A stretch of DNA of 64,000 bases from Lysobacteraceae bacterium (lineage in GTDB: Bacteria; Pseudomonadota; Gammaproteobacteria; Xanthomonadales; Xanthomonadaceae): assembly GCA_034376725.1 (NCBI GenBank), contig JAXMJH010000002.1, forward strand, positions 12,541-76,540. Direction: 5' to 3'. The position numbers were made by a program, and so were the translations under genes. Under the pieces are notes generated by a model. It was given only the letters and a program-made list of their open reading frames with translations, was not told the DNA's origin and ran no database searches. Of the stretch, positions 36,442 to 45,298 are shown in pieces (the stretch's first letter is position 1; the number at the start of each line of letters is the position of its first letter).

Positions 36442-36864
36442 GTGCCGGTCACAGACCCGCCGGGCAGCCCGACCGAGCTCGGCGTTCGCCTCGATGTCTG
36501 GCTGTGGGCGGCGCGGATGTTCAAGACCCGGGCGCTGGCCAAGCAGGCCATCGAGACCGGCAAGATCGAGGTCAATGCCACGGCGGTCGGCAAGCCTGCC
36601 AAGCTGATCCGGATAGGCGACAGTCTGCGGGTTCGGCGCGGCGAAGAGTGCTTCGAGGTCGAGGTGACCGGGCTGAGCGAAAAGCGCGGCTCGGCCAGCG
36701 TCGCGCAAACACTGCTCAGCGAAACCGAGGCCAGCCGCGTCGCGCGCGAGGCGGAGCGCGCCCGTCGCAGCGCGCAGCGCAGCGGGTATCGGGCACCCGA
36801 GACGAAGCCCGACAAGCGCGCGCGTCGGCTGATCCGGGCCCTGGGCGACATCGACGCCCTGTAG
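36442..36864 (+). CDS. hslR: ribosome-associated heat shock protein Hsp15 (S4 RNA-binding domain)
   Basis: VRLDVWLWAARMFKTRALAKQAIETGKIEVN is an S4 domain, followed by a basic C-terminal tail. The GTG start is 2 nt after the htpG stop. Confidence 0.8.
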   Translation: MPVTDPPGSPTELGVRLDVWLWAARMFKTRALAKQAIETGKIEVNATAVGKPAKLIRIGDSLRVRRGEECFEVEVTGLSEKRGSASVAQTLLSETEASRVAREAERARRSAQRSGYRAPETKPDKRARRLIRALGDIDAL

Positions 36865-37141
36865 CCGGCCGCCCCGCTTCGCGACCGCCCCGAGCCGCGC
36901 CTGGTTTCCGGAAATGCTTCGCAGCTGCGCGGCCATTAGAATAGCGATCCCCCACCCGAGCCGCATGCCCGCGATCAAGCGGCTCGGGTGGCCTTGCCGC
37001 AAATTGGCGCGCCATCCGGTGCGCCGCACTCCGAACTGCTTCTGGAAATTCGATGATGGATCACAGTGATTGCCTGATTCCAACGCGCTGCATGCTGGCG
37101 ACCGCCTTGGGCCGGGCGCCGTGACCGGGCCGGACCAGCCC

Positions 37142-38680
37142 ATGGACATCGGGTCGAACGACGAGTCGCTGCTGGCACAGGTGCGCGCCGCGCTTTCGCT
37201 GCTCGAACGCCTCGCCGACGACGCCGCGTTGAGGGAACGGCTGCCGGGCGAGGAGCGCGAGCGATTGCATCGTTGCGTCGGCCGGATATTCAGCCCGGAT
37301 CCGGTGCAGCGCCGCAAGCAGCGCCGGGCGGCCGCGCGCGAGCGCAACAAGGCCAGGATTCAGAGCGAGGAGGCGATTCTCAACGAAACCGGCATCCGCG
37401 CACTGCGACGCAAGCCGATATTCACCACGCCCAACGTGTTTCCGCCTGCCGGGCCTGCGCCGCATGGCGCCGATGACGACGAGCCGGATCGGCGCGAGGC
37501 GCTTGAACCGCAGCACTGCTATGTGTGCAAGGAAAAGTACACGCGCATCCACCACTTCTACGATCAGTTGTGCCCGAGCTGCGCCGAGTTCAATTTTCAA
37601 AAGCGCGGCGAGCTGGCCGACCTGCGCGGCCGGGTGGCGCTGCTGACCGGCGGGCGGGTCAAGATCGGCTACCAGGCAGGCCTGAAGCTGCTGCGCGCGG
37701 GCGCGCAGCTGATCGTCACCACGCGCTTTCCGCGCGATTCGGCCGAGCGCTATGCCCAGGAGCCCGATTTCGAGCAATGGCAGGACCGGCTGGAAATCTT
37801 CGGGCTGGACCTGCGCCACACGCCGAGCGTGGAGGCGTTCTGCCAACAGTTGCTGGACAGCCGGTCGCGGCTCGATTTCATCATCAACAATGCCTGCCAG
37901 ACGGTGCGCCGGCCGCCTGAATTCTATGCGCACATGATGGCCGGCGAGACCGCGCTGCGCGAGGCGCCCGAGCGCGTCCGCCGGTTGCTGGGCAGCTACC
38001 GGGGCATGGACGCCGAGCGACTGCGGGCCGAGAGCGCGACGGCCACGGCGGTTTCCGCCGGGCGGCGGGGGCAGGTTCTCGGGTCTGCGGAGCTGTCGCA
38101 GATTCCGCTCCTGCCGGAAGAGTTTCTGGCGCAGTCCCATCTGTTTCCCGAGGGGCGGCTCGATCAGGACCTGCAGCAGGTCGATTTGCGTGGCCGCAAC
38201 TCCTGGCGCCTGCAGATGGCCGAAGTGCCGTCGGTGGAATTGCTGGAAGTGCAGCTGGTGAACGCGATCGCGCCCTTCATCATCAACGCCCGTCTGAAGC
38301 CGCTGATGTTGCGCACGCCAGAGCGCGACAAGCACATCGTCAACGTCTCGGCCGTGGAAGGCCAGTTCTACCGGAATTTCAAGACCACCCGCCACCCGCA
38401 CACCAATATGGCCAAGGCCGCGCTCAACATGATGACGCGCACCGCCGCGACCGATTACCACAACGACGGCATTCACATGAACAGCGTCGATACCGGCTGG
38501 GTGACCGACGAAGACCCGGCCGAAATCGCCGCCCGCAAGATTCTGCAAGAGCGTTTCCATCCACCGTTGGATATCGTCGACGGCGCCGCGCGCATCGTCG
38601 ATCCGATCATCGCCGGCATCAATACCGGGGAGCACGTCTGGGGCCGGTTTCTCAAGGACTACCGACCCACCGATTGGTGA
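37142..38680 (+). CDS. atypical SDR-family oxidoreductase with N-terminal helical extension and Cys4 (CxxC...CxxC) element
   Basis: Rossmann motif LLTGGRVKIGYQAGLKLL and NNA (IINNACQ) are present. CYVCKEKYTRIHHFYDQLCPSC precedes the SDR core. The ORF opens at a TTG at 37070; the ATG at 37142 is used here and the start is uncertain. Confidence 0.7.
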   Translation: MDIGSNDESLLAQVRAALSLLERLADDAALRERLPGEERERLHRCVGRIFSPDPVQRRKQRRAAARERNKARIQSEEAILNETGIRALRRKPIFTTPNVFPPAGPAPHGADDDEPDRREALEPQHCYVCKEKYTRIHHFYDQLCPSCAEFNFQKRGELADLRGRVALLTGGRVKIGYQAGLKLLRAGAQLIVTTRFPRDSAERYAQEPDFEQWQDRLEIFGLDLRHTPSVEAFCQQLLDSRSRLDFIINNACQTVRRPPEFYAHMMAGETALREAPERVRRLLGSYRGMDAERLRAESATATAVSAGRRGQVLGSAELSQIPLLPEEFLAQSHLFPEGRLDQDLQQVDLRGRNSWRLQMAEVPSVELLEVQLVNAIAPFIINARLKPLMLRTPERDKHIVNVSAVEGQFYRNFKTTRHPHTNMAKAALNMMTRTAATDYHNDGIHMNSVDTGWVTDEDPAEIAARKILQERFHPPLDIVDGAARIVDPIIAGINTGEHVWGRFLKDYRPTDW

Positions 38681-38705
38681 AGCGTGGCCTGCAGCCGGCG
38701 CGTCC

Positions 38706-39212
38706 TCATTGGTCGGTCGGTTGGTCGGCGTAAACCGGCAACTCCGGGTTGCGGCGGAACTCGAAGATCAGATGGGTTTCGATATGCGCCACTTCCGGGC
38801 GTTCGGTGAAGGCGCTCAGGGCGAAATCGCGGAGGGCGAAGTCGCGCAGGTGATCGCTGTCGCGCACGCCGACGTGGACGAGGTAATCGTCGGCCCCGGC
38901 GACGTGATAGAAGGCCATCACCTCGGGCAGGGTCATCAGGTGCTGGTGAAAGGTCTCCAGCAGTTCGCGCGAGTGGCGGGTGAGATGGCGCCCGGCATTG
39001 CGCCAGGTCTGCTCCGGCTGTCTGTCGGCATCGCGCATGTCGATGATCTGTGGTTGAATCTGTCGCAGGCGCTCGACGCTACCCGCCACCTGATCGCCGA
39101 CGCGGCGTGAGCCGGCAGCCGTTGGGCCAGTTGGCGGCGGGCCGGCAGCAGAGGCTCGAATCGGTGGCCGAAGCCCCAACCGAAGCGGGCCGTGGCTTAC
39201 GATAGGCGACAT
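38706..39212 (-). CDS. Lrp/AsnC-family protein (clear C-terminal ligand-binding domain; N-terminal HTH weak or uncertain)
   Basis: The C-terminal TLPEVMAFYHVAGADDYLVHVGVRD...ERPEVAHIETHLIF is an AsnC_trans_reg domain. Upstream, RRVGDQVAGSVERLRQIQPQII only loosely resembles the HTH. Either the ATG at 39212 (168 aa) or the ATG at 39038 (110-aa stand-alone domain) could be the start. The rest of track ORF to 39689 is unsupported. Confidence 0.55.
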   Translation of the reverse strand: MSPIVSHGPLRLGLRPPIRASAAGPPPTGPTAAGSRRVGDQVAGSVERLRQIQPQIIDMRDADRQPEQTWRNAGRHLTRHSRELLETFHQHLMTLPEVMAFYHVAGADDYLVHVGVRDSDHLRDFALRDFALSAFTERPEVAHIETHLIFEFRRNPELPVYADQPTDQ

Positions 39213-39840
39213 GAGCACGCTATCGATGTCTGCACAGCATCCAGGCCGAATGCATCGGCCATCGCAAGTCGGACTTTCCGACGATGGGCCGGAAGGTCCG
39301 CTTCCCGGTGCCGCCGATTCCGGGTGCAGACGCCACCGCCATTGGCCGTTGAAGGTCTTGGCGTGCGTTCTGGCCCTGTCGATGTCGTGCGCTGCCCTGG
39401 CCGGCAAACCCGCGCCCGACGCGCTGGCCGAGGCCGGCCAGCGGGAGATCGTCGCGCTGCATGACTTCTTCCAGGCCTGGTATCGCGGCACGGCTGACGA
39501 TCGGGATTTCCGGCAATTCGAGGCAGCGCTGGCCGATGATTTCGTCATCGTCGTGCCCGACGCCCGCATTCTCCAGCGCGAAGCGATCATCGATGCGGTG
39601 CGCGGGCAGCGCGCGTCGGATCCCGGCATCGTCGTCGAGATCCGCAACGTGCGCGCCCACCGCAGCGACAGCGACAGTGCCGTGTTCACCTACGAAGAGT
39701 GGCAGATGCGCACCGGCGAACCGCCGCGCGGACTGTTGAGCACCGTGGTGTTCGCGCTCGACCCGAATGCCCGCGGTGGCCTGCGCTGGCTGCACGTGCA
39801 CGAAACCTGGTTGCCGGCTGACGCAAATGCTGCGCGCTGA
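39211..39840 (+). CDS. DUF4440/SnoaL-like (NTF2-fold) protein, probably exported
   Basis: FFQAWYRGTADDRDFRQFEAALADDFVIVVPD...VFTYEEWQ resembles DUF4440. The hydrophobic LKVLACVLALSMSCAALA suggests a signal peptide. The true start may be downstream, for example the TTG at 39349. Confidence 0.5.
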   Translation: MSTLSMSAQHPGRMHRPSQVGLSDDGPEGPLPGAADSGCRRHRHWPLKVLACVLALSMSCAALAGKPAPDALAEAGQREIVALHDFFQAWYRGTADDRDFRQFEAALADDFVIVVPDARILQREAIIDAVRGQRASDPGIVVEIRNVRAHRSDSDSAVFTYEEWQMRTGEPPRGLLSTVVFALDPNARGGLRWLHVHETWLPADANAAR

Positions 39841-39985
39841 CGATACCTCTACCACGATGATGCGATGGGAGCGTTTCCGGCGGATTCGGGAGATCAGTGC
39901 GCGATGCATGCCGTGCAGGGCCGCGCCGGGCGCGTGATGTCGTTCGCCTGGCGACACTAGCCGCGCCAAGGTTGAAGCAAGAGGG

Positions 39986-40390
39986 TTGACTTCGGAGAGT
40001 TGGCAGATGAGTACACCGCTTCGCGTTGTGTTGTCGGCTGCGGCGTTCGTGATGGTGTATCTGCTTTGCTTTCTGGCCTGGCTGATGGTTTCGCCGGGCG
40101 GGCTGAGCTGGTTGGCCGGGTTTCTTGGTCTGCTTGGCGGTGCGACCGCCACCGCGCTGGCTTGGCGGCATGCCGGGAGCGCGCCGGATTCGGCGTGGAA
40201 GATGGCGCTATATGGCGCAGCGCTGGTCGGTGCGATCGGCTTTGTCGGGGGATTTTTCGGGCCCATGATCTTCGCGCCCGACGCCAATCAGGGGCCGCTG
40301 CTTGGGCTGCTGATCACCGGTCCGGGAGGCGCGGTTCTCGGCGCGGTGGGTGGCCTGCTGTACGGGCTGGGTCGCGGACGGCGAGGCTGA
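39986..40390 (+). CDS. hypothetical small Gly-rich membrane protein
   Basis: 134-aa ORF with about 4 hydrophobic segments (VVLSAAAFVMVYLLCFLAWLMV, LAGFLGLLGGATATALA, LYGAALVGAIGFVGGFFGPMIF, LLGLLITGPGGAVLGAVGGLLYGL). No family recognised. Confidence 0.45.
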   Translation: MTSESWQMSTPLRVVLSAAAFVMVYLLCFLAWLMVSPGGLSWLAGFLGLLGGATATALAWRHAGSAPDSAWKMALYGAALVGAIGFVGGFFGPMIFAPDANQGPLLGLLITGPGGAVLGAVGGLLYGLGRGRRG

Positions 40391-40498
40391 GCAACGCCTG
40401 TCCGGACGGTGTGCCTTGGCAGGCGGCAACGGCATGGCGGCGGCAGACGACCGCCGTTCGGTCGATTGCCGGACGGCCGCCGGGGCGGACGGGGTCGG

Positions 40499-43138
40499 CT
40501 ACAGCATGGCCCGCAAGCGGTACAGCGCTTCCAGCGCCTGTTTCGGCGTCAGCTCGTCCGGGTCGATGGCGGCCAGCGCTTCCAGGGCGGGCGACGGTCC
40601 GGCGAACAGCGGCATCTGCATCGGCTTGTCGAGCGCATCGGGCGCGAGGCTGCCGGCGTGCGAGCGGCTGCGCGCTTCGAGTTCGGCCAGGAAGCCACGG
40701 GCATTGGCCAGGGTGGGGCGGGGCAGGCCGGCCAGCGCGGCGACCTGCAGGCCGTAGCTGCGGTCGGCCGGTCCGGGTTTGACCGCGTGCATGAACACCA
40801 GCGCGTCGCCATGTTCGACGGCATCGAGGTGCACGTTGGCGATGCCGCTTTCGCCGCCGTCCTGATTGCCGCTGGCCAGCGCGGTGAGTTCGAAATAGTG
40901 GGTGGCGAACAGGGTCATGGCGCGGTTGACCTCGGCCAGATGCAGGGCGCAGGCCTGGGCCAGGGCCAGGCCGTCGTAGGTCGATGTGCCGCGGCCGATC
41001 TCGTCCATCAGCACCAGCGAATGCGGCGTTGCGTGGTGCAGGATATAGGCGGTTTCGCTCATTTCCACCATGAAGGTGGATTGGCCGCGCGCCAGGTCGT
41101 CGCCAGCGCCGATTCGGGTGAGGATGCGGTCTATTGGGCCGATTTCGGCGCGCGCGGCCGGCACGAAACTGCCGATGTGGGCGAGCAGCACGATCAACGC
41201 GTTCTGCCGCATGTAGGTGCTCTTGCCGCCCATGTTCGGGCCGGTGACGATCAGCATCCGGCGCGCCGGGCCAAGCACAAGGTCGTTGGGTTCGAACGGC
41301 TCGTCGCGGGCCGCTTCCACCACCGGGTGACGACCGCGCTCGATCAAGATGCCGGGCTCCGCCGATAGCGCAGGGCGCGACCAGTCGAGCGCTTCGGCGC
41401 GCTCGGCGAACGCCGCCAGCACATCGATCGCAGCCAACGCCGCAGCGCATTGCCTGAGCGGCTCCAGGCGTTGGCCGAGGGTGTCGAGCAATTCCTCGTA
41501 AAGCACTTTCTCCCGGCTGAGCGCACGCTCGCGCGCGGAGAGCACCTTGTCCTCGAAGTTCTTCAGCTCTTCGGTGATGTAGCGCTCGGCATTGGTGAGG
41601 GTTTGCCGGCGGGTGTAGTGGGTCGGCGCGCGTTGCGACTGGCCCTTGCTGATTTCGATGTAGTAACCGTGCACGCGGTTGTAGCCAAGCTTGAGCGTGG
41701 CGATGCCGGTGGCTTCGCGCTCGCGGGCTTCCATCTCGGTGAGGAAGCCGTCGGCCTGGGTGGAAAGCATGCGCAGTTCGTCGAGCTCGGCATCGAAGCC
41801 GTCGGCGATCACGCCACCGTCGGACAGTTTCAAGGCCGGCTGTGGCGCGATGGCACGGGCCAGCAGATCGGCGTTGCCGGCATGCTCGCCGAGCGAGTCG
41901 TGCAGTGAATCCAGCAGGGGGCTGCTGTTCAGCGCCGCGCGGCCGGCCGACTCCGACCCGAGCGGCGAAGTCCCCCGGTCGGACGGTCGCAGGAGACCGC
42001 GAATCGCGGGCAACTGCGCCAGGCCATCGCGCAGGGTGGACAGGTCGCGGGGCCGGGCCGAGCGCAGGGCGACGCGGGACAGGATGCGCTCGAGATCGCC
42101 GAGTGCGCGAAATCGCTCGCGCAAGGTATCCAAAACGTCCGATTCGATCAGGCTGGCTACCGCCTGGTGACGCCTGGCCAGGGTGTCGCGGTCGCGCAAC
42201 GGCCGGTGCAGCCAGCGCCGCAGCAGGCGTCCTCCCATCGGAGAAATGGTCGAATCCAGTACGCCGAGCAGCGTGTGCCTGCGCTCGCCGTCGATCCGGG
42301 TATCGAGCTCCAGATGCCGCCGGCTGGCGGCATTGATGGCAATGGCCTCATCGGGCGTTTCCAGCAGGATCGACGTGAGGTGGGGCAGCTGTTGCTTCTG
42401 GGTTTCTTCCAGATAGCCCAGCAGGGCGCCGGCCGCAGCTATCGCCAAGGCGCGGCTCTCGATGCCGAATGCGTCGAGGTCGCGGGTGCCGAAATGGCGC
42501 AGCAGACGGCGTCGTCCGGCATCCTGGTCGAAATGCCATGGCGCACGGCGCCGGCTGCCACCGAGCGTGTTGAGCCAGGCCGGCCAAGCGTCTTCGTCGG
42601 GTATCAGGATTTCGGCCGGCTCCAGCCGTGCCAGTTCGGCGGCCAGGGCATCCTCGTCGTTCAGCTCCGAGACCAGAAACCGGCCGCCGGCCAGATCGAC
42701 CCAGGCCAGGCCGAAGCCCTCCCGTCCGCGCGCGACTGCCGCCAGCAGCGCCTCGCGGCGGTCGTTGAGCAGCGCCTCGTCGGTCACCGTGCCCGGCGTG
42801 ACGATGCGCACCACCTTGCGCTCCACCAGGCCCTTGCTGGCCGCCGGGTCGCCAATCTGCTCGCAGATCGCGACCGATTCGCCGAGCGCCACCAGGCGCG
42901 CCAGATAGCTTTCGCAGGCATGCACCGGCACGCCGGCCATGGGAATCGGCTGGCCGGCCGAGGCACCGCGCTGGGTAAGGGTTATGTCGAGCAGGCGTGC
43001 GGCCTTTCGGGCATCGTCGTAGAACAGCTCGTAGAAATCGCCCATCCGGAACAGCAGCAGCAAATCCGGGTGCTCCGCCTTGGCGGCGAAGAACTGCTTC
43101 ATCAGCGGGGTGTGTTCGGGATCGGCGGCAGTCGACAT
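40499..43138 (-). CDS. mutS: DNA mismatch repair protein MutS
   Basis: [31 protein letters not shown]-terminus, Walker [10 protein letters not shown], and [10 protein letters not shown]. Confidence 0.97.
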   Translation of the reverse strand: MSTAADPEHTPLMKQFFAAKAEHPDLLLLFRMGDFYELFYDDARKAARLLDITLTQRGASAGQPIPMAGVPVHACESYLARLVALGESVAICEQIGDPAASKGLVERKVVRIVTPGTVTDEALLNDRREALLAAVARGREGFGLAWVDLAGGRFLVSELNDEDALAAELARLEPAEILIPDEDAWPAWLNTLGGSRRRAPWHFDQDAGRRRLLRHFGTRDLDAFGIESRALAIAAAGALLGYLEETQKQQLPHLTSILLETPDEAIAINAASRRHLELDTRIDGERRHTLLGVLDSTISPMGGRLLRRWLHRPLRDRDTLARRHQAVASLIESDVLDTLRERFRALGDLERILSRVALRSARPRDLSTLRDGLAQLPAIRGLLRPSDRGTSPLGSESAGRAALNSSPLLDSLHDSLGEHAGNADLLARAIAPQPALKLSDGGVIADGFDAELDELRMLSTQADGFLTEMEAREREATGIATLKLGYNRVHGYYIEISKGQSQRAPTHYTRRQTLTNAERYITEELKNFEDKVLSARERALSREKVLYEELLDTLGQRLEPLRQCAAALAAIDVLAAFAERAEALDWSRPALSAEPGILIERGRHPVVEAARDEPFEPNDLVLGPARRMLIVTGPNMGGKSTYMRQNALIVLLAHIGSFVPAARAEIGPIDRILTRIGAGDDLARGQSTFMVEMSETAYILHHATPHSLVLMDEIGRGTSTYDGLALAQACALHLAEVNRAMTLFATHYFELTALASGNQDGGESGIANVHLDAVEHGDALVFMHAVKPGPADRSYGLQVAALAGLPRPTLANARGFLAELEARSRSHAGSLAPDALDKPMQMPLFAGPSPALEALAAIDPDELTPKQALEALYRLRAML

Positions 43139-43275
43139 AGGACTGCGATTCTACCGGCCCCGGCGGGCGGACCCGGAAACTGGCCGCCAGATTGTGCAAA
43201 GCGGCGCGCGGTGCTCTAAAGTTGAGCGCGCGCCGGGTGCGCGTGCTCCCTCCCTCCCCCAGTTTCGAGGTTTGC

Positions 43276-44553
43276 ATGACAACGACCGAGTCTCCCCGCA
43301 TCGCCATCATCGGCCTGGGCTACGTGGGCCTTCCGCTTGCGCTGGAGTTCGGTCGGCAGTTCGAAACGTTGGGCTTCGACATCAATCGGACGCGCGTGGC
43401 CGAGCTGCGCGCCGGCCACGACCGGACGGGTGAGGCGCAGGCCGACGAACTGGCCAATGCCCCTCAATTGAGCTTCAGCTCCGACCCAGCCGATCTGCTC
43501 GGCTGCTCGATCTACATCGTCACCGTGCCGACGCCGATTGACGCCGACAAGCGGCCCGACTTCAGCCCGCTGATTTCCGCCAGCCGTACCGTGGGCGGCG
43601 TGCTGCGCAAGGGCGATCTGGTGATCTACGAGTCCACGGTCTATCCCGGCGCTACCGAGGAAGTGTGCGTGCCGGAGCTGGAGCGGGTGTCCGGGCTGCG
43701 TTTCAATGCCGACTTTGCGGTCGGCTACAGCCCGGAGCGGATCAACCCCGGCGACCGCCAGCATCGCCTGACCACGATTCCAAAAGTGACTTCAGGCTCG
43801 ACGCCCGAGGCGGCCGAACTGGTCGACACGCTTTACCGTCGGATCATCACCGCCGGTACTCACCGGGCACCCAGCATCAAGGTGGCCGAAGCCGCCAAGG
43901 TGATCGAAAACACCCAGCGCGACGCCAATATCGCGCTGATAAACGAGTTTGCGCTGATTTTTCACCGGCTCGGCATCGACACCCAGGAAGTGCTGGAAGC
44001 GGCCGGCACCAAATGGAATTTTCTGCCTTTCCGACCTGGGCTGGTCGGCGGTCACTGCATCGGAGTCGACCCGTACTATCTGATCCAGAAGGCCCAGTCG
44101 GCTGGCTACTACCCGGATATCCTGCTCGCCTGCCGACGGATCAACGACGCGATGGGCCAGCATGTCGCCGCAGAAGTGATCAAGCTGATGATTCATCGCG
44201 GACACACGATCAAGGGCAGTCGGGTGCTGGTGCTGGGCCTGACCTTCAAGGAAAACTGTCCGGACCTGCGCAATACCCGGGTGGTCGATCTGGTCCACGA
44301 GTTCGAGAGTTTCGGCGTCGAGGTCGATGTCCACGATCCCTGGGTCGATGCCGAGGAGGCTCGCCGCGAGTACGGTCTGGAGGTGCTGCCCGAGCTGTCC
44401 AAGGGCGACTACGACGGCATCGTGGTGGCGGTCGCCCACCGGCAGTTCAGCGAACTCGGCGCGGCGGGAATGCGCGCCCTGGCCAACGGCCGCGCAGTGA
44501 TCTACGACATCAAGGGCTTGCTGCCCAGGGACGCCGTCGACGGCCGGCTTTGA
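43276..44553 (+). CDS. nucleotide-sugar dehydrogenase (UDP-N-acetyl-hexosamine 6-dehydrogenase type, TviB/WbpO/CapL-like)
   Basis: Start trimmed to MTTTESPRIAIIGLGYVGLPLAL (Rossmann). GGHCIGVDPYYL contains the catalytic Cys. Confidence 0.8.
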   Translation: MTTTESPRIAIIGLGYVGLPLALEFGRQFETLGFDINRTRVAELRAGHDRTGEAQADELANAPQLSFSSDPADLLGCSIYIVTVPTPIDADKRPDFSPLISASRTVGGVLRKGDLVIYESTVYPGATEEVCVPELERVSGLRFNADFAVGYSPERINPGDRQHRLTTIPKVTSGSTPEAAELVDTLYRRIITAGTHRAPSIKVAEAAKVIENTQRDANIALINEFALIFHRLGIDTQEVLEAAGTKWNFLPFRPGLVGGHCIGVDPYYLIQKAQSAGYYPDILLACRRINDAMGQHVAAEVIKLMIHRGHTIKGSRVLVLGLTFKENCPDLRNTRVVDLVHEFESFGVEVDVHDPWVDAEEARREYGLEVLPELSKGDYDGIVVAVAHRQFSELGAAGMRALANGRAVIYDIKGLLPRDAVDGRL

Positions 44554-44582
44554 ACCCACCTGCCGACATCAGGAAACATCCC

Positions 44583-45104
44583 ATGACACCGCCCGAAGCC
44601 GCGACCGAGTTCGATGATGCCGCGTTGGACGCACTGGCCGCCCGGGTGGGCGATGCGCTGCGCGCCAATCACCTGATGCTGGTGACCGCCGAGAGCTGCA
44701 CTGGCGGCTGGATCGCCAAGGTGATCACCGATACGCCAGGCTGTTCGGCGTGGTTCGACTGCGGCATGGCGGCTTACAGCTACGAGGCCAAGCAGGGGCT
44801 GCTCGGCGTTCGCCCGGAGACCCTGATGGAATGCGGTGCGGTCAGCGAGGAAACCGCCATCGAGATGGTCTCGGGTGCGTTGATCCACTCCGGCGCCAGC
44901 GTCGCGGTGGCGGTGACCGGGATCGCCGGGCCGGGCGGCGGCACGCCGGACAAGCCGGTGGGCACCGTCTGGATCGCCTGGAAGCGGCGCGGTGGCTACC
45001 CGCGCGCCAAGGTTTTCGCGTTTCCTGGCGGTCGTGAGGAAGTCCGCAGACGCACGGTTGCCACTGCGCTCAGTGGACTGCTGGCGATCGCAGCCTCCGG
45101 TTGA
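44583..45104 (+). CDS. pncC: nicotinamide-nucleotide amidohydrolase (CinA C-terminal domain)
   Basis: Only the last 173 aa of track ORF 43665..45104 are real. LVTAESCTGGWIAKVITDTPGCS and AVAVTGIAGPGGGTPDKPVGTVW are present. Confidence 0.85.
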   Translation: MTPPEAATEFDDAALDALAARVGDALRANHLMLVTAESCTGGWIAKVITDTPGCSAWFDCGMAAYSYEAKQGLLGVRPETLMECGAVSEETAIEMVSGALIHSGASVAVAVTGIAGPGGGTPDKPVGTVWIAWKRRGGYPRAKVFAFPGGREEVRRRTVATALSGLLAIAASG

Positions 45105-45121
45105 GACGATGCCGGGGGCTT

Positions 45122-45141
45122 ACCCGCAGATGCGGGTTTTT
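45122..45141 (+). terminator. rho-independent terminator after pncC
   Basis: ACCCGC-AGAT-GCGGGT followed by TTTTT. Confidence 0.65.
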
Positions 45142-45298
45142 CCTACCCGCACGCGGGCCTGTCGACGGCGGCTTCGCGCAGCCCTGTGGGATACTGTCGA
45201 TCTCCGTGGCGGTTCGATTCTCCGACTCCGGCAGTCTCAGCCGTTGAGAACGCGGCCCCTCACACTTGTGCCCAATCCGAATTCCACGAGGTAGCAGA

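Noticed and set aside
36953-36990. 12-bp perfect inverted repeat CACCCGAGCCGC-N14-GCGGCTCGGGTG downstream of hslR
   Set aside because: It is noted as real structure, but with a large loop and no U-tract I cannot tell a terminator from a REP-like element. I saw no second copy in this window, so it is not reported as a finding.
34460-38635. 608-aa and 524-aa minus-strand ORFs opposite htpG and the SDR gene
   Set aside because: They are antisense to genes with strong motifs and have no domains of their own.
43665-44582. N-terminal 306 codons of the 479-aa ORF ending as PncC
   Set aside because: They overlap the nucleotide-sugar dehydrogenase gene in another frame. The PncC/CinA homology begins only at the ATG at 44583.
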